Positions 10,369 through 21,930 are shown, counted from the stretch's first letter. The stretch is 64,000 nucleotides of DNA from an uncultured Gemmatimonadales bacterium (GCA_963823035.1 CAWGKG010000007.1:96001-160000), one strand, 5' to 3'. Notes: a model not told the origin generated them from the sequence alone. Numbers and translations are program-made.

Positions 10369-11277
10369 CTATCCTCGGGGGTGGAACCTACGGTGCACGT
10401 CCCGCAGGTACGCCCGGTCGACGTGCGTGTAGATCTGCGTGGTGGCGATGTCCACGTGGCCGAGCAGCTCCTGGACGGCCGCCAGGTCCGCGCCCCCCTC
10501 CAGGAGATGCGTCGCGAAGGTGTGCCGCAGCGTGTGGGGTGACACCTTCCGGCGGATCCCCGCCCTCCGGGCCGCCTCCTTCACGATCCCCCATACGGCC
10601 ACCCGCGACAGCGGCGCGCCCCGGGCGTTGAGGAAGACCCGCCCCTTCCCCTTTCCCTTCCCGCGCGCCTCCAGTCCGGGGCGCACCTCGCTCAGGTAGC
10701 GCGCCAGGGCGCGCAGCGCCGGCGCACCAACCGGCACCAGGCGCTCCTTCGCGCCCTTCCCGAACACGACCAGGAACGCCTCGTCGTGGTCCACGGAGCC
10801 GAGCTCGAGTCCGACCAGCTCGGACACGCGCACGCCCGAGGCGTAGAGGAGCTCGAGGACGGCACGGTCCCGCCAGTAGAGAGGGTCGTTCTCGTCCGGC
10901 GCCTCGAGGAGCCGACCGACCTCGGCGTGCGAGAGGAAGTCCGGGAGTCGGCGCCCGAGGCGGGGTGCCTCCAGCCGCTCGGTCGGATCGTTCGTCACGG
11001 CGCCTTCGGCCAGGAGGAAGGCGAAGTAGGTGCGCAGCGCCGATTGGGCGCGTCGGATCGACGCCGGCGCCAGCCCGGAGTCCTTGAGCGCGAACACCCA
11101 GTCGCGCAGCGACGCGGAGGTGACGGCGGCGGGGTCGACGATGCCGCGCCCCTCCATGAACGCCGCCCAGCGGCCGAGGTCCCGGGCGTACGCGGTGACC
11201 GTGCGGTCGGAGAGGCCGCGCTCGAACGTCAGGTAGTCCTGGAACTGCTCGAAGCGGAAGGCGCGCGACTCACTCAT
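10369..11277 (-). CDS. xerD: Tyrosine recombinase XerD
   Basis: RDRAVLELLYASGVRVSEL, GKGAKERLVP, SPHTLRHTFATHLLEGGADL, LGHVDIATTQIYTH; start MSESRAF at 11277. Confidence 0.92.
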   Translation of the reverse strand: MSESRAFRFEQFQDYLTFERGLSDRTVTAYARDLGRWAAFMEGRGIVDPAAVTSASLRDWVFALKDSGLAPASIRRAQSALRTYFAFLLAEGAVTNDPTERLEAPRLGRRLPDFLSHAEVGRLLEAPDENDPLYWRDRAVLELLYASGVRVSELVGLELGSVDHDEAFLVVFGKGAKERLVPVGAPALRALARYLSEVRPGLEARGKGKGKGRVFLNARGAPLSRVAVWGIVKEAARRAGIRRKVSPHTLRHTFATHLLEGGADLAAVQELLGHVDIATTQIYTHVDRAYLRDVHRRFHPRG

Positions 11278-11887
11278 GACGCCCATGGTGGCGCGTGCGC
11301 CACCACCACACCAGCACGGCCCCGAACGCCAACAGCGCCACCCCGAGCAGCCAGCCGTTGACGCGGCCCAGAAGGGCGAGCACGGCGTCGAGGTTCCGTC
11401 CGGCGTACGCGCCCGCCCACACCAGCGCGCCGTACCAGATCGCCGAGGCCAGCGCGAGGGGGATGGCGACCGGGAGGAGAGGCTGGTGCGTGACACCCGC
11501 GAAGACGGGCACCACCGACCGGAGCCCCGGGAGAAAGCGGGTGAGGAAGACGGCAGCGGTCCCGAAGCGGTCGTAGAAGCCGACCATGCGCTTCATCTGG
11601 TGGGGGTTGAGGACGTGTCGCCCCCATCCCGCCGAGAAGAACGTCCGACCGTGGCGGTGGCCCACGCGGTACATCGCGATCGCCGAGGCCACGTTGCACA
11701 CCCAGGTAGCCAGGAACACCCAGCGCGCCTGGAGGCCGCCTACTTCGGAGAGGAAGCCCCCGAGGACGACGAAGGTGTCGGCGGGCACGGCCGGGACCAC
11801 GTTCTCCAGGGCCGCGCCGGTACCGAGAAGCGCGTAGATGAGCAGGTCCGGCAGGGCCTGGAACCAGGCGAGGACCTGTTGCCCCAT
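11270..11887 (-). CDS. DedA family membrane protein
   Basis: ENVVPAVPADTFVVLGGF, FLTRFLPGLRSVV. Confidence 0.88.
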   Translation of the reverse strand: MGQQVLAWFQALPDLLIYALLGTGAALENVVPAVPADTFVVLGGFLSEVGGLQARWVFLATWVCNVASAIAMYRVGHRHGRTFFSAGWGRHVLNPHQMKRMVGFYDRFGTAAVFLTRFLPGLRSVVPVFAGVTHQPLLPVAIPLALASAIWYGALVWAGAYAGRNLDAVLALLGRVNGWLLGVALLAFGAVLVWWWRTRHHGRHE

Positions 11888-11902
11888 GGTGACGCCCGAC
11901 GG

Positions 11903-12424
11903 CTAGACGGGGAGCCCCTCGTCGGCCGCGCCCCAGGTCGCGTCGAAGCCGCCGATGGAGTCGATGAGGGCGACCGCGTGCACGGCCACACCTTCGCCAC
12001 GGCCGACCCACCCCATCCCTTCGTTCGTCTTCCCCTTCACCGACACGGCGCCCGCGCCGATCCGGAGCACGTCGCCCAGCCGGCGGCGCATCGCCTCCAC
12101 GTGGGGCGCGATGCGGGGGGTCTCGCAGACCACCGTCACGTCCACGTTCACGACCTGGTAGTTGCCCGACTCGAGCACGTGGACGGCCCTGCCCAGGAGG
12201 TCCATCGAGTCGGCGTCCTTCCACTTCTCCTCGGACGGCGGAAAGTGGCTGCCGACATCACCGGCGGACGCGGCGCCGAGGATCGCGTCGATCACGGCGT
12301 GCGCGACCGCGTCCCCGTCGGAGTGGCCGCTGAGCCCCGCGTGGTCGGGGATGCGGACCCCGCCCAGGATCAGCGGGCGACCCTCCTCGAAGCGATGCGA
12401 GTCGTAGCCGGTGCCTACCCGCAT
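11903..12424 (-). CDS. ispF: 2-C-methyl-D-erythritol 2,4-cyclodiphosphate synthase
   Basis: RVGTGYDSHRF, GHSDGDAVAHA, SVKGKTNEGMG. Confidence 0.95.
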   Translation of the reverse strand: MRVGTGYDSHRFEEGRPLILGGVRIPDHAGLSGHSDGDAVAHAVIDAILGAASAGDVGSHFPPSEEKWKDADSMDLLGRAVHVLESGNYQVVNVDVTVVCETPRIAPHVEAMRRRLGDVLRIGAGAVSVKGKTNEGMGWVGRGEGVAVHAVALIDSIGGFDATWGAADEGLPV

Positions 12425-12454
12425 GGAGCCACTCCTCGCGCGCGGCTCACCCGG

Positions 12455-13726
12455 CTACTCCCACCTCCGGATGGCCAGGCACACGTTGTGGCCCCCGAAG
12501 CCGAAGGAGTTGCTCAGGGCCAGCCGAACAGGCCGCTCCACGACGCCCCCGTGCGCGTAGTCCAGGTCACAGGCGGGATCCGCTTCCTCGAAGTTGATCG
12601 TCGGCGGGATCTTCCCCTCCCGCATCGTCTGGATCGTCAGGATCGCCTCGAGCGCGCCCGCGGCGCCCAGGAGGTGGCCGGTCATCGACTTGGTCGAGCC
12701 CATGACGATCTCGTACGCGCGCTCGCCCAGAACCTCCTTGACGGCGTGCGTCTCGATGGCGTCGGCCATCGTGGACGTGCCGTGGGCGTTCACGTAGTCC
12801 ACCCCCTCGGGGCCCACGCCGGCGTAGCGCATGGCCATGCGCATGGCGCTCTGAGCGCCGTAGCCGTCCGGCGGGGGTGCGGTGATGTGGTGGGCGTCAC
12901 CCGACAGCCCGTAGCCCACGATCTCGGCGTAGATCGTCGCGCCGCGCGCCTGCGCGTGCTCGAGCGACTCCAGGACGACCGCCCCCGATCCCTCTCCCAT
13001 GACGAAGCCGTCGCGGTGGAGGTCGAACGGCCGGCTGGCCGTCTTCGGGTCGTCGTTGCGGGTGGTCATCGCCTTCATCGCCGCGAAGCCGGCCACGGTC
13101 ATCGGGGTGATCGTCGCCTCGGCACCGCCCGCCAGCATCATGTCGGCGTCGCCATGCCGGATGTGGCGTGCCGCGTCGCCGATCGCGTGCGCCGAAGAGG
13201 CGCACGCCGACACCGTGGCGTAGTTGGGCCCCTGCAGGCCCCACTGGATGGAGATCAGCCCCGCGGAGATGTCCGGGATGAACATCGGGACGAAGAACGG
13301 GCTCACGCGGTTGGGGCCGTGCTCGATGAGCTTGCGGTGCTGCTCCTCGAAGGTGGCGATCCCCCCGATGCCGCTGCCGAAGATGACGCCGAAGCGCTGC
13401 GCCTCGATCCCTTCCGGCACGCCCTCGACGCCCGCGGACTTCATCGCCTGCGCCGAAGCGGCCAGCGCGAACTGCGACACGCGGTCGAAGCGGCGCGCGT
13501 CCTTCCGCTCCATGTACAGCAGCGGCTCGAAGTCCTTCACCTCGCACGCGACGCGCGTGGCGAAGTCCTCCGTGGCGTCGAACGCCCGGATCGTGTCGGC
13601 GCCGCTGGTGCCCGCCAGGATGGAGGCCCAGGTGCTCTCCAGGTCGTTGCCCACGGGAGAGACCACACCCATCCCGGTGACGACGACCCGGCGCTCCTCG
13701 CGGCCTTCTCCGTTCCCCATCGTCAT
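12455..13726 (-). CDS. fabF: Beta-ketoacyl-ACP synthase II
   Basis: [39 protein letters not shown]. Confidence 0.96.
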   Translation of the reverse strand: MTMGNGEGREERRVVVTGMGVVSPVGNDLESTWASILAGTSGADTIRAFDATEDFATRVACEVKDFEPLLYMERKDARRFDRVSQFALAASAQAMKSAGVEGVPEGIEAQRFGVIFGSGIGGIATFEEQHRKLIEHGPNRVSPFFVPMFIPDISAGLISIQWGLQGPNYATVSACASSAHAIGDAARHIRHGDADMMLAGGAEATITPMTVAGFAAMKAMTTRNDDPKTASRPFDLHRDGFVMGEGSGAVVLESLEHAQARGATIYAEIVGYGLSGDAHHITAPPPDGYGAQSAMRMAMRYAGVGPEGVDYVNAHGTSTMADAIETHAVKEVLGERAYEIVMGSTKSMTGHLLGAAGALEAILTIQTMREGKIPPTINFEEADPACDLDYAHGGVVERPVRLALSNSFGFGGHNVCLAIRRWE

Positions 13727-13746
13727 CCCGTCTTCCCCGTGCGCCC

Positions 13747-13995
13747 TCAGCCCTGCCCGCTGCTGTTCTTCTTCAGGTAGGAGATGGCGTCACCCACGGT
13801 GCGCATCTGCTCGGCGTCCTCGTCGGGGATGTCGATCCCGAACTCCTCCTCGAACGCCATCACGAGCTCGACCGTGTCGAGCGAGTCGGCCCCGAGGTCC
13901 TCGACGAAGCTGGCGTCGTCCGTGACCTTCTCGGGCTCGACCCCCAGCTCGTTGATGATGATCTCCTTCACTCGGGCCTCGGTGGGCTCGCTCAT
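13747..13995 (-). CDS. acpP: Acyl carrier protein
   Basis: [29 protein letters not shown] upstream of the ATG at 13995. Confidence 0.96.
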   Translation of the reverse strand: MSEPTEARVKEIIINELGVEPEKVTDDASFVEDLGADSLDTVELVMAFEEEFGIDIPDEDAEQMRTVGDAISYLKKNSSGQG

Positions 13996-14062
13996 GTTGC
14001 CTCCTTGGGGGTTGTGCAGATATCGGTTCGAAGAAAATCGGAAGATCGTGAGGTACGGCAAC

Positions 14063-14806
14063 TCACATCGCCATGCCGCCGTCCACGGTCAGAATCTGGC
14101 CGGTAATGTAGCGGGCCGCGGGGCCCACGAGAAAGCGAGCGGCGCCGGCCACGTCCTCGGCGTCTCCGAGGTGCCCGAGGGGGATCTGCTTCAGCAGTCC
14201 TTCCACCTGCGACTCGGACAGCTCGCCGGTCATGTCGGTACGGATGAAACCCGGGGCGATGGCGTTGCAGCGGACGTTCCGCGACGCGAGCTCGCGCGCC
14301 ACGCTCTTGGTCAGCCCGACCAGCCCCGCCTTCGAGGCGGCGTAGTTCACCTGGCCCGCGTTGCCGATGAGCCCCACCACCGACGTGATGTTCAGGATCG
14401 ACCCGTCGCGACGACGCATCATCCCGCGTGTGACGGCACGGACGAAGTTGAAGGTGCCCTTGAGGTTGGTGGCGATCACCTCATCGAAATCCTCAACGGA
14501 CATCCGCATCAACAGGTTGTCCCGTGTGATGCCGGCGTTGTTCACGAGGATGTCCACGGCCCCCTGCGCCGACTCCACGGCGCCGACCGTCTCCTGGACC
14601 CGCTCGGTGTCCGCGACGTCGCAGGCGTATCCGGCGTGCCCCTCGCCCGGGAGGCCGGCGGCCGCGGTCGCGGCGCGCTCCCCGTCGCGGGCCACCACGG
14701 CGACGCGCGCACCGGCCTCGGCGAGCGCCTTCGCGATCGCAAGGCCGATTCCACGCGACCCTCCCGTGACGAGGGCGACCTTTCCGTCCAACTCGCGTTC
14801 GCTCAT
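14063..14806 (-). CDS. fabG: 3-oxoacyl-ACP reductase
   Basis: [26 protein letters not shown]. Confidence 0.95.
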   Translation of the reverse strand: MSERELDGKVALVTGGSRGIGLAIAKALAEAGARVAVVARDGERAATAAAGLPGEGHAGYACDVADTERVQETVGAVESAQGAVDILVNNAGITRDNLLMRMSVEDFDEVIATNLKGTFNFVRAVTRGMMRRRDGSILNITSVVGLIGNAGQVNYAASKAGLVGLTKSVARELASRNVRCNAIAPGFIRTDMTGELSESQVEGLLKQIPLGHLGDAEDVAGAARFLVGPAARYITGQILTVDGGMAM

Positions 14807-15723
14807 GGGGTCCACCCCTCGATGTCGTCGGGCCCGCCCAGCGACGGTGCAGGGAACGCCCTTGGCGTTGCGCTTGTTCAGCCCACACAGAACGCTGCCC
14901 GGTCCGAGCTCGAGGAAGCGGTCCACGCCCGCCTCGAGCATCGCGGGCACGGACGCCGACCAGCGCACCGGAGAGGTGAGCTGCTCCACGAGGAGTCCGC
15001 GCGCCACGTCTCCGTCGTCGACCGGCCGGGCCGTGACGTTGGACACCACCGGGATACCCGGGCGCGGCGAAATCGACGGACGCGAGCTTGTCGCGCAGGC
15101 CGTCCGCCGCGGGCTCCATGAGCGGCGAGTGGAACGCCCCGGACACCTTGAGCGGCATGACCCGCTTCGCGCCCGCCTCGGTCGCGAGGGCCATCCCCTG
15201 CTCCACGCCCGCCTCGTCCCCGCTGACGACGACCTGGCCGGCCGTGTTGAAGTTGGCAGGCACGCACACGCCGCGATCGACGCGGGCGCATACCTCCTCG
15301 ACGGCGGCGTCCTCGAGCCCGAGGATCGCGGCCATCGTGCCCGGGCGCTCCTTCCCCGCCTTCGACATGAGCTCGCCGCGGAGGCGCACGGCCTCGAGGG
15401 CGTCGCGGAAGGAGAGCGCGCCGGCCGCGACGTACGCGCTGAACTCGCCGAGGGAGTGGCCGGCCGCGAAGGCCACCGGTCCCAGCCGCTCACGGACCAC
15501 ACGGAGCACGGCCACCGAGTGCGCGAGGATGGCGGGCTGCGCGTTGCGCGTCTCCGTCAGCGTCGTCTTCCGGTCCGTCCGCCATCAGGGCGGAGAGGCG
15601 GAAGCCGAGCACGTCGTCGGCCTCGGCGAGCGTCTCGGCGGCGGCCGGATAGGCATCGGCGAGCGCCCGGCCCATGCCCACGACCTGCGATCCCTGTCCG
15701 GGAAAGAGGAGTGCCAGCGTCAC
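14803..15723 (-). CDS. fabD: Malonyl-CoA:ACP transacylase (several apparent frameshifts)
   Basis: LFPGQGSQ (frame 15723), AGHSLGEF and VSGAFHS (frame 15515), QLTSPVRW and ELGPG (frame 15502). Confidence 0.88.
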
Positions 15724-15745
15724 GATGTCCTTCCCCGTCCGAGAA

Positions 15746-16741
15746 TCAGAAGCGCCAGACTTGCGCGCCCCACGTGAGGCCGGCGCCGAAGGCGGTGCTC
15801 AGGACGTTGGCACCCTCGCCGATGCGGCCCTGCTCGAGTGCTTCGTCGAGCGCCACCGGGATCGACGCCGAGCTCATGTTGCCGTACCGATCCAGGTTGA
15901 TCACGACCTTCTCGATCGGGATGCCGGCATACTTCGCCGTGGCTTCGATGATGCGGATGTTGGCCTGGTGCGGCACCAACAGGTCCACGTCTTCGGCCGT
16001 GAGGCCCGCGTCGTGGAGCGCCACGTGGGTCGCCTCGGCCATCGAGCGCACCGCGTTCTTGAAGACCTCGCGGCCCTCCATGCGGACCAGATGGCTGCGG
16101 TCGTGCAGCACCTGCTCGGTCATCGGGATGCGCACGCCGCCGGCCGGCCGCCAGAGAAGGTGGGCCAGGTTCCCGTCCGAACGCAGGTGGCTCGACAGGA
16201 TGCCACGCTCCGAACCGTTCGCCGGCTTGACCACCGCGGCCCCCGCACCGTCCCCGAAGAGAACGCACGTCGAGCGGTCCTCCCAGTTGACGATGGCGCT
16301 CATCTTCTCCGTGGAGACGACCAGAGCGACCTCGCCCCGCCCCGCGGCCAGGTAGCCCTCGGCCATCGACAGACCGTACAGGAAGCCGCTGCACGCCGCC
16401 ATGATGTCGAAGGCCACGGCGTTGCCGCAGCCGAGCAGGGCCTGCGTGTCGCAGGCCGTGGACGGCAGCCAGCGATCGGGCGTGGCGGTCGACAGGATGA
16501 GGATGTCGATCTCACCCACGTCGACCCCGGCGCGCTCCATGGCGCACCGGGCGGCCGCCGCACCCATGTAGGCGGCGGTCTCCTCGTCGTTGGCGTGGTG
16601 ACGGGAACGGATCCCCGTGCGGGACGTGATCCACTCGTCCGACGTGTCCATCCGCTTCGCCAGGTCGTCGTTCGTGACGACCTTCCCCGGCAGATAGCGG
16701 CCCGTCGCGACGATCTCGACGAGAGGGGCAGGATGTCTCAT
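15746..16741 (-). CDS. fabH: Beta-ketoacyl-ACP synthase III
   Basis: AACSGF, FGDGAGA, PHQANIRII, GNMSSASIP. Confidence 0.95.
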   Translation of the reverse strand: MRHPAPLVEIVATGRYLPGKVVTNDDLAKRMDTSDEWITSRTGIRSRHHANDEETAAYMGAAAARCAMERAGVDVGEIDILILSTATPDRWLPSTACDTQALLGCGNAVAFDIMAACSGFLYGLSMAEGYLAAGRGEVALVVSTEKMSAIVNWEDRSTCVLFGDGAGAAVVKPANGSERGILSSHLRSDGNLAHLLWRPAGGVRIPMTEQVLHDRSHLVRMEGREVFKNAVRSMAEATHVALHDAGLTAEDVDLLVPHQANIRIIEATAKYAGIPIEKVVINLDRYGNMSSASIPVALDEALEQGRIGEGANVLSTAFGAGLTWGAQVWRF

Positions 16742-17740
16742 GGCGCTTCCTGGGAGGGTCCCGGGGCAGCGAGCTCCCGGGCGATGTGCTTCACCATGTC
16801 GGAGCGTACCGCTCGCGCCGCAACACCGATGGCGTTGCTCACCGCCCGCGGCGACGACTCACCATGGCAGATGATGGAGACCCCGCCCACACCCAGGAGC
16901 GGCGCCCCGCCGTATTCCGCGTAGTCGAGGACCCGGAAGACGCGTCTCGAGGTCGACGTCCCGGTTCCCCTCACGCAGCTCCTTCTTCAGCAGGCCGACG
17001 ATGAACGCGGCCACCGACTCGTAGAACTTCAGCAGCACGTTGCCGACGAACCCGTCGGCGACCACCACGTCGCAGACGCCGAGGATGATGTCGCGCCCCT
17101 CGACGTTGCCCATGAAGTCGAGGCCCCCGCTCCGCCGAGAGCAGCCGATGCGTCTCGACGGTCAGCTCGTCGCCCTTCTCGGGCTCCTCGCCGATGTTGA
17201 GGAGCGCCACCCGCGGGACGCTCCACGCCCATCAGGTCCTGCGCGTAGATGTTGCCCAGCTGGGCGAACTGCACCAGGTGCTGCGGCTTGCAGTCCACGT
17301 TCGCGCCCGCGTCCAGCAGGAGGCATGGGCGGCCTGCCGTGGGCAGCACCGTGCCGATCGCGGGACGGTCGACGCCGGGCAGGGGGCGCAGCGTGAACAG
17401 CGAGGTCGCCATGACCGCGCCGGTGGAGCCGGCGCTCACGAAGGCGTCGGCCTCGCCGGCCTGCACCATCTTGAGCCCCACGACGATCGACGACTCCGGC
17501 TTGCGTCGGAGCACCGACGCGGGGGAGTCCGCCGCCGTCACCCGATCGGGTGCGTGGTGGAGGTGGAGTCGTTCGAGGGGGGCATCGGGGTAGGTCGGCC
17601 AACTCGGCCTCGACGATCGCCCGGTCTCCGACCAGGACGACCTCGATGTCAGGCTCCAGCTCCCGGAGGGCACCGACCGCGCCCGCGACCTCGGCCGCGG
17701 GCGCGTGATCCGTGCCCATCGCGTCCAGGACGATGCGCAC
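16738..17740 (-). CDS. plsX: Phosphate acyltransferase PlsX (several apparent frameshifts)
   Basis: [58 protein letters not shown] spread over several frames. Confidence 0.88.
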
Positions 17741-17752
17741 CGGTTGCGACGT

Positions 17753-17935
17753 CTACTCTTCGTCGATCTGTAGAACCGGCTTGCCCCGGTAGTGCCCGCA
17801 CGAGGGGCAGACCCGATGAGGAAGCTTCGGGTCGCCGCATTTCGGGCAGGTGTAGAGCGTCACCGGCTCCGCCTTGTAGTGCGTGCGCCGCTTCCGCTTG
17901 CGCTGCTTCGACGTCCTCTTCTTGGGAACAGCCAT
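17753..17935 (-). CDS. rpmF: 50S ribosomal protein L32 (zinc-ribbon type)
   Basis: [19 protein letters not shown]...[15 protein letters not shown]. Confidence 0.95.
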   Translation of the reverse strand: MAVPKKRTSKQRKRKRRTHYKAEPVTLYTCPKCGDPKLPHRVCPSCGHYRGKPVLQIDEE

Positions 17936-17942
17936 GGCCAGA

Positions 17943-18455
17943 TCACTCTTCCTTGAGGGCCCGGAGCGCATCCCACCGGGGGTCGGGCTCGTCCCGCGAG
18001 CAACCGCACTCCTCGGTGTTCCGATTCGCGCCGCACCGCGGACACAAGCCCCTGCACTCCTGGTCACAAACGACATACGGGTCGAAGGCGAGGACCATCT
18101 CCTCGCGCAACGGCTCACTCAAATCCAACATCGAGGCCCGGGCATCGAAGACGCGTGTCTCTCCGTCCTCCGCGATCCCGGGCGTGTCCGACGACAGAAA
18201 GACCAGCGTGATCTCCTGCGCCAGCGTCCCCACGACCGGCTCGAGGCAGCGTCTGCACTCCTGGGCGAGACGAGCCTCCACCTCTCCTCGGACCACGACC
18301 TCGCCGCTCCCGGCCGCGCTCGCGCGCAGACGGACGTGGACCGGGCCGTCGAACGTGAATTCCGTGTCCTTCCAGAGCGGATCGTCCGCCGGGACGTCCG
18401 CGTCGACACGGACCACGCCCTCCCTGTCCAGCCGAGCGAGATCGAGCCTGAGCAT
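17943..18455 (-). CDS. yceD: YceD/DUF177 family protein
   Basis: [27 protein letters not shown]; directly upstream of rpmF. Confidence 0.9.
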   Translation of the reverse strand: MLRLDLARLDREGVVRVDADVPADDPLWKDTEFTFDGPVHVRLRASAAGSGEVVVRGEVEARLAQECRRCLEPVVGTLAQEITLVFLSSDTPGIAEDGETRVFDARASMLDLSEPLREEMVLAFDPYVVCDQECRGLCPRCGANRNTEECGCSRDEPDPRWDALRALKEE

Positions 18456-18463
18456 AGCTTGAA

Positions 18464-18492
18464 AAGCTAGCCGGGGCCCCCTGGAGTGTCCA
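18464..18492 (-). promoter_or_regulatory. Sigma70-like promoter for the yceD-rpmF-plsX-fab operon
   Basis: TGGACA-N17-TAGCTT, 8 nt before the yceD ATG. Confidence 0.5.
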
Positions 18493-18506
18493 CCCTTCGC
18501 GCCGTG

Positions 18507-18932
18507 TTACGGGGCCGTGGCGATTCTGTCCTGCGAGGAGAAGAAGAAAGCCGTCTCGATCGTGGCGTTCTCGTCCGAGTCCGAGGCGTGGATGGCGTTG
18601 TGGCCCTTGGACTCCGCGTAGAGCTTGCGGACCGTGCCCTCCTTCGCCTCCGCCGGATCCGTGGCACCGATCGCCTCGCGGAGCGCCAGGACGGCGTCGT
18701 CCGCCTCCAGGATCATCGGGATGCACGGCCCGGAGGTCATGAACGTGACGAGCTCGTCGTAGAACGGCCGACCCTCGTGCACGGCGTAGAACGCCCGGGC
18801 CTGCGCGGCGGAGAGGCGGGTCATGCGCAGGGCGCGGACGCCGAAGCCCGCGCCCTCGAGGTGCGCGAGGATCTTGCCGGCCTTGCCCGCCGCCACGGCG
18901 TCGGGCTTGATGATCGCTAGGGTCTGGCTCAT
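18507..18932 (-). CDS. ndk: Nucleoside diphosphate kinase
   Basis: TLAIIKPDAV, FYAVHEGRPFY, IGATDP, NAIHASDS. Confidence 0.96.
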   Translation of the reverse strand: MSQTLAIIKPDAVAAGKAGKILAHLEGAGFGVRALRMTRLSAAQARAFYAVHEGRPFYDELVTFMTSGPCIPMILEADDAVLALREAIGATDPAEAKEGTVRKLYAESKGHNAIHASDSDENATIETAFFFSSQDRIATAP

Positions 18933-19870
18933 GAACGCGGCTCGCTTTCTTCCTCTTCACTGGATGGGTTCCCGCGGGCCCCGTGCAGGGCCCGCAGGAT
19001 CGACTCCCGGGTGACGAAGCCCACGAGCTCGCCCTCCCGTACCACCGGGATCTGCTCGACGTCCCGGTTGACCATCATGTTCGCGGCCTCGGACAGCGCC
19101 TGGTCCTCCGACACGCACAGCACCGAGCGCGTCATGAAGTCGCGGGCCGTCGCGGACTCCGTCCTTTCCTTTTCCTTCACGTCGTCGTCCCCCCGCCGGA
19201 TCGGGCGCAACATGTGCGCCAATGCGTCACCCGAGGTGAGGATGCCGAGCACCTCGTAGCGCTCCCCGACCACGGGCACCGCGTGCACGCCACGCCGGAC
19301 CATGAGGTCCACCACCTCGCCCACCGGCGTGTCCGGGTAGACACGGTAGCGGACCGCCACGAGGGCGTCCTCCACGAGAAGCCGCGGATGCACCTCCGTG
19401 TCCATCAGCTCACGCAGGGCGCGGAGGTCCTCGACCGACCGGGCCGCCAGGAGCCGCTCGGTCTGCTTCGGGTCCCTCAGCACCCGGGCAATGGCGGGCA
19501 CGATGTCCTGGCGCGCCCCCGTGAGCTTCCCGTGCACCAGCACGAGCACCACGGCCCGAGCCGTAGCCGGCTCCTCCTCCCCCTTCACCGCTTCGGCCAA
19601 CCGGAACGGCTCGTTCGCCACCCCGATGGCCAGGGCGGGCTCCTCGAGCGCCTCGAGCGTTCCGATCACCGCGACCACCTGGTCGTTGACGTGCACGATC
19701 TCGCCCTGGACGCCACCGGCGAGGTCACGGGCCAGGTTCCTGGCCCGTGTGCTCCCCAGGACCCCTTCGTCGGAGGCCCGCCCGAGCAACGCCTCCAGGG
19801 CGTCGCCCAGGTCGCCCGCCTCGAGAGGCAGGGCGACCCACGCGTCCACCAGGAGTTCAGAGAGCTTCAT
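18929..19870 (-). CDS. Degenerate PTS EIIA-type-2-like domain fused to a CBS pair
   Basis: N-terminus MKLSELL...LEAGDLGDALEALL and IARVLRDP...RLLAARS resemble EIIA(Fru/Ntr); C-terminus has two CBS repeats (VHAVPVV..VLGILT; VEQIPVV..LVGFVT). Confidence 0.75.
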   Translation of the reverse strand: MKLSELLVDAWVALPLEAGDLGDALEALLGRASDEGVLGSTRARNLARDLAGGVQGEIVHVNDQVVAVIGTLEALEEPALAIGVANEPFRLAEAVKGEEEPATARAVVLVLVHGKLTGARQDIVPAIARVLRDPKQTERLLAARSVEDLRALRELMDTEVHPRLLVEDALVAVRYRVYPDTPVGEVVDLMVRRGVHAVPVVGERYEVLGILTSGDALAHMLRPIRRGDDDVKEKERTESATARDFMTRSVLCVSEDQALSEAANMMVNRDVEQIPVVREGELVGFVTRESILRALHGARGNPSSEEEESEPRS

Positions 19871-19904
19871 GTCGCCGTCCCCGGTGAAGGGGCCTGTCGT
19901 CCCC

Positions 19905-20789
19905 TCAGGCGAGTGCTTCCTGAAGCAGGCCGACGATGTCCACGGGGCGCTCTGCCACCGCGATCCCGTTGTCCTGGAAGGCCTTGATCTTCTCCTCGGC
20001 CGTACCGGCGGAGCCGCTGATGATGGCACCGGCGTGGCCCATGCGCCGCCCCGGAGGCGCCGTCCGCCCGGCGATGAAGCCCACGACCGGCTTGGACATG
20101 TTGGCCTTCACGTAGGCCGCGGCCTCCTGCTCGTCCGTGCCGCCGATCTCACCGATCATGACGACGCCGGTCGTGTCCGGGTCTTCCTCGAACGCCTTCA
20201 GGCAGTCGATGAAGTTGGTGCCGATAAGCGGGTCGCCGCCGATCCCTACGCACGTGGTCTGCCCCAGCCCGACATTCGTGAGCTGGAAGACCGCTTCGTA
20301 GGTGAGCGTTCCGGACCGCGACACCAGCCCGATAGGGCCCTCCGCCACGATCTGCGGCGGGAGGATACCGACCTTGGCCTTCCCGGGGGAGATGAGCCCC
20401 GGGCAATTCGGGCCGATCACCCGGACCCCGTGATCGCGCGCGAAGGCGTGGGCACGCGCCATGTCCTGCACGGGAACGCCCTCCGTGATGGCCACGACCA
20501 GCTTCACGCCGGCGTCGGCCGCTTCCATCACCGCGCCGGCTGCGAAGGCCGGTGGGACGTAGATGACCGACGTGTTCGCGCCGGTCTCGGCGACGGCCTC
20601 GTCCATGCCGTTGAAGATCGGGACCAAGGCGCCGTCCGGCCCCTCGAAGCTCTGGCCCCCCTTGCCCGGGGTGACGCCCGCGACCACCTGCGTGCCGTAC
20701 TCCATCATCTGGCGCGTGTGGAAGGAGCCGTCGCGCCCGGTGATGCCCTGGACGACGAGCCGCGTGTCCTTGTCGATGAAGATCGCCAT
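19905..20789 (-). CDS. sucD: Succinyl-CoA synthetase alpha subunit
   Basis: [30 protein letters not shown]. Confidence 0.96.
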   Translation of the reverse strand: MAIFIDKDTRLVVQGITGRDGSFHTRQMMEYGTQVVAGVTPGKGGQSFEGPDGALVPIFNGMDEAVAETGANTSVIYVPPAFAAGAVMEAADAGVKLVVAITEGVPVQDMARAHAFARDHGVRVIGPNCPGLISPGKAKVGILPPQIVAEGPIGLVSRSGTLTYEAVFQLTNVGLGQTTCVGIGGDPLIGTNFIDCLKAFEEDPDTTGVVMIGEIGGTDEQEAAAYVKANMSKPVVGFIAGRTAPPGRRMGHAGAIISGSAGTAEEKIKAFQDNGIAVAERPVDIVGLLQEALA

Positions 20790-20796
20790 GGGGTCT

Positions 20797-21930
20797 CTAT
20801 GCCTTTGCGAGCTCGACGGCCTTCTCGACCACCTCGTCCATCGAGGTGAAGGCCGAGAAGCCGGCGTCAGCGAGGATCTGGATGCCCTTCTCTTCGTTCG
20901 TGCCGGTCAGACGGATCACGATGGGCAGCGAGATGTCGATGCTCTTCGTTGCGGTCACGATCCCGTTGGCGACGTCGTCGCAACGGGTGATCCCCCCGAA
21001 GATGTTGAAGAGGATGACCTTCACGTTCGGGTCGGCGGTGATGATCTCCAGCGCCGCCACGACCTTGTCCGGATTCGACGACCCCCCGATGTCGAGGAAG
21101 TTCGCCGGCTCGCCGCCGTAGTACTTCACCAGATCCATGGTCGCCATGGCCAGCCCGGCGCCGTTCACACAGCACCCCACGTCTCCGTCCAGCTTCACGA
21201 AGCTCAGCCCGGCGTCCCGCGCCTTCGTCTCGGCCGCGGGCTCGTCCGACGTGTCGCGCATCGCGGCGACTTCGGTGCGTCGGAACAACTCGCTGTCGTC
21301 GATGCTCATCTTGGCGTCGATCGCCTTGACCTGGCCCGCCTTCGTCGTGATGAGCGGGTTGATCTCGGCCATGGAGGCGCCGGAATCCACGAAGGCCCGG
21401 TAGAGCTGCATCATGACCTTGGAGGCCTGCTTCACGATCGCGGGGTCGTCGTAGAGCGCGTTCGCCAGCCACTGCGCCTGGTGGGGCAGCAGCCCGTAGC
21501 GCGGATCGACCGTCAGCTTGCGGATCGCCTCGGGACGGTTGGCCGCCACCTCCTCGATGTCCACGCCACCCTCGGCGGAGACCATGAAGGTGGGGGCCTG
21601 CGCCTTGCGGTCCATGAGCACCCCGACATAGGCCTCGCTGCCGATGTCCTCGGCCGGGGTGACGAGCACCTTGTCGACGGTGAGGCCCTTGATCTGCATG
21701 CCGAGGATCTTCGACGCGTGCTCGCGTGCCTCGGCGGGGCTGGACGCCAGCTTCACGCCGCCTGCCTTGCCGCGGCCGCCGGAGTGGACCTGGGCCTTCA
21801 CGACCACCTTCCCACCGAGCTTCGCGGCGAGCGCCTCCGCCTCGTCGGGCGTGCGCGCGACCTCTCCCGGGGGAACCGGGATTCCGGCGGCGCGGAAACG
21901 CTCCTTGGCCTGATATTCGTGGATGTTCAT
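20797..21930 (-). CDS. sucC: Succinyl-CoA synthetase beta subunit
   Basis: [45 protein letters not shown]. Confidence 0.96.
   Translation of the reverse strand: MNIHEYQAKERFRAAGIPVPPGEVARTPDEAEALAAKLGGKVVVKAQVHSGGRGKAGGVKLASSPAEAREHASKILGMQIKGLTVDKVLVTPAEDIGSEAYVGVLMDRKAQAPTFMVSAEGGVDIEEVAANRPEAIRKLTVDPRYGLLPHQAQWLANALYDDPAIVKQASKVMMQLYRAFVDSGASMAEINPLITTKAGQVKAIDAKMSIDDSELFRRTEVAAMRDTSDEPAAETKARDAGLSFVKLDGDVGCCVNGAGLAMATMDLVKYYGGEPANFLDIGGSSNPDKVVAALEIITADPNVKVILFNIFGGITRCDDVANGIVTATKSIDISLPIVIRLTGTNEEKGIQILADAGFSAFTSMDEVVEKAVELAKA

Noticed and set aside
10369..11277. Integrase marking a prophage or genomic island
   Set aside because: The sequence is typical of chromosomal XerD, overlaps dedA in a housekeeping operon, and has no att repeats or cargo genes
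14803..17740. fabD and plsX as pseudogenes or programmed frameshifts
   Set aside because: Core genes with intact motifs; indels are scattered across the window, consistent with sequencing error
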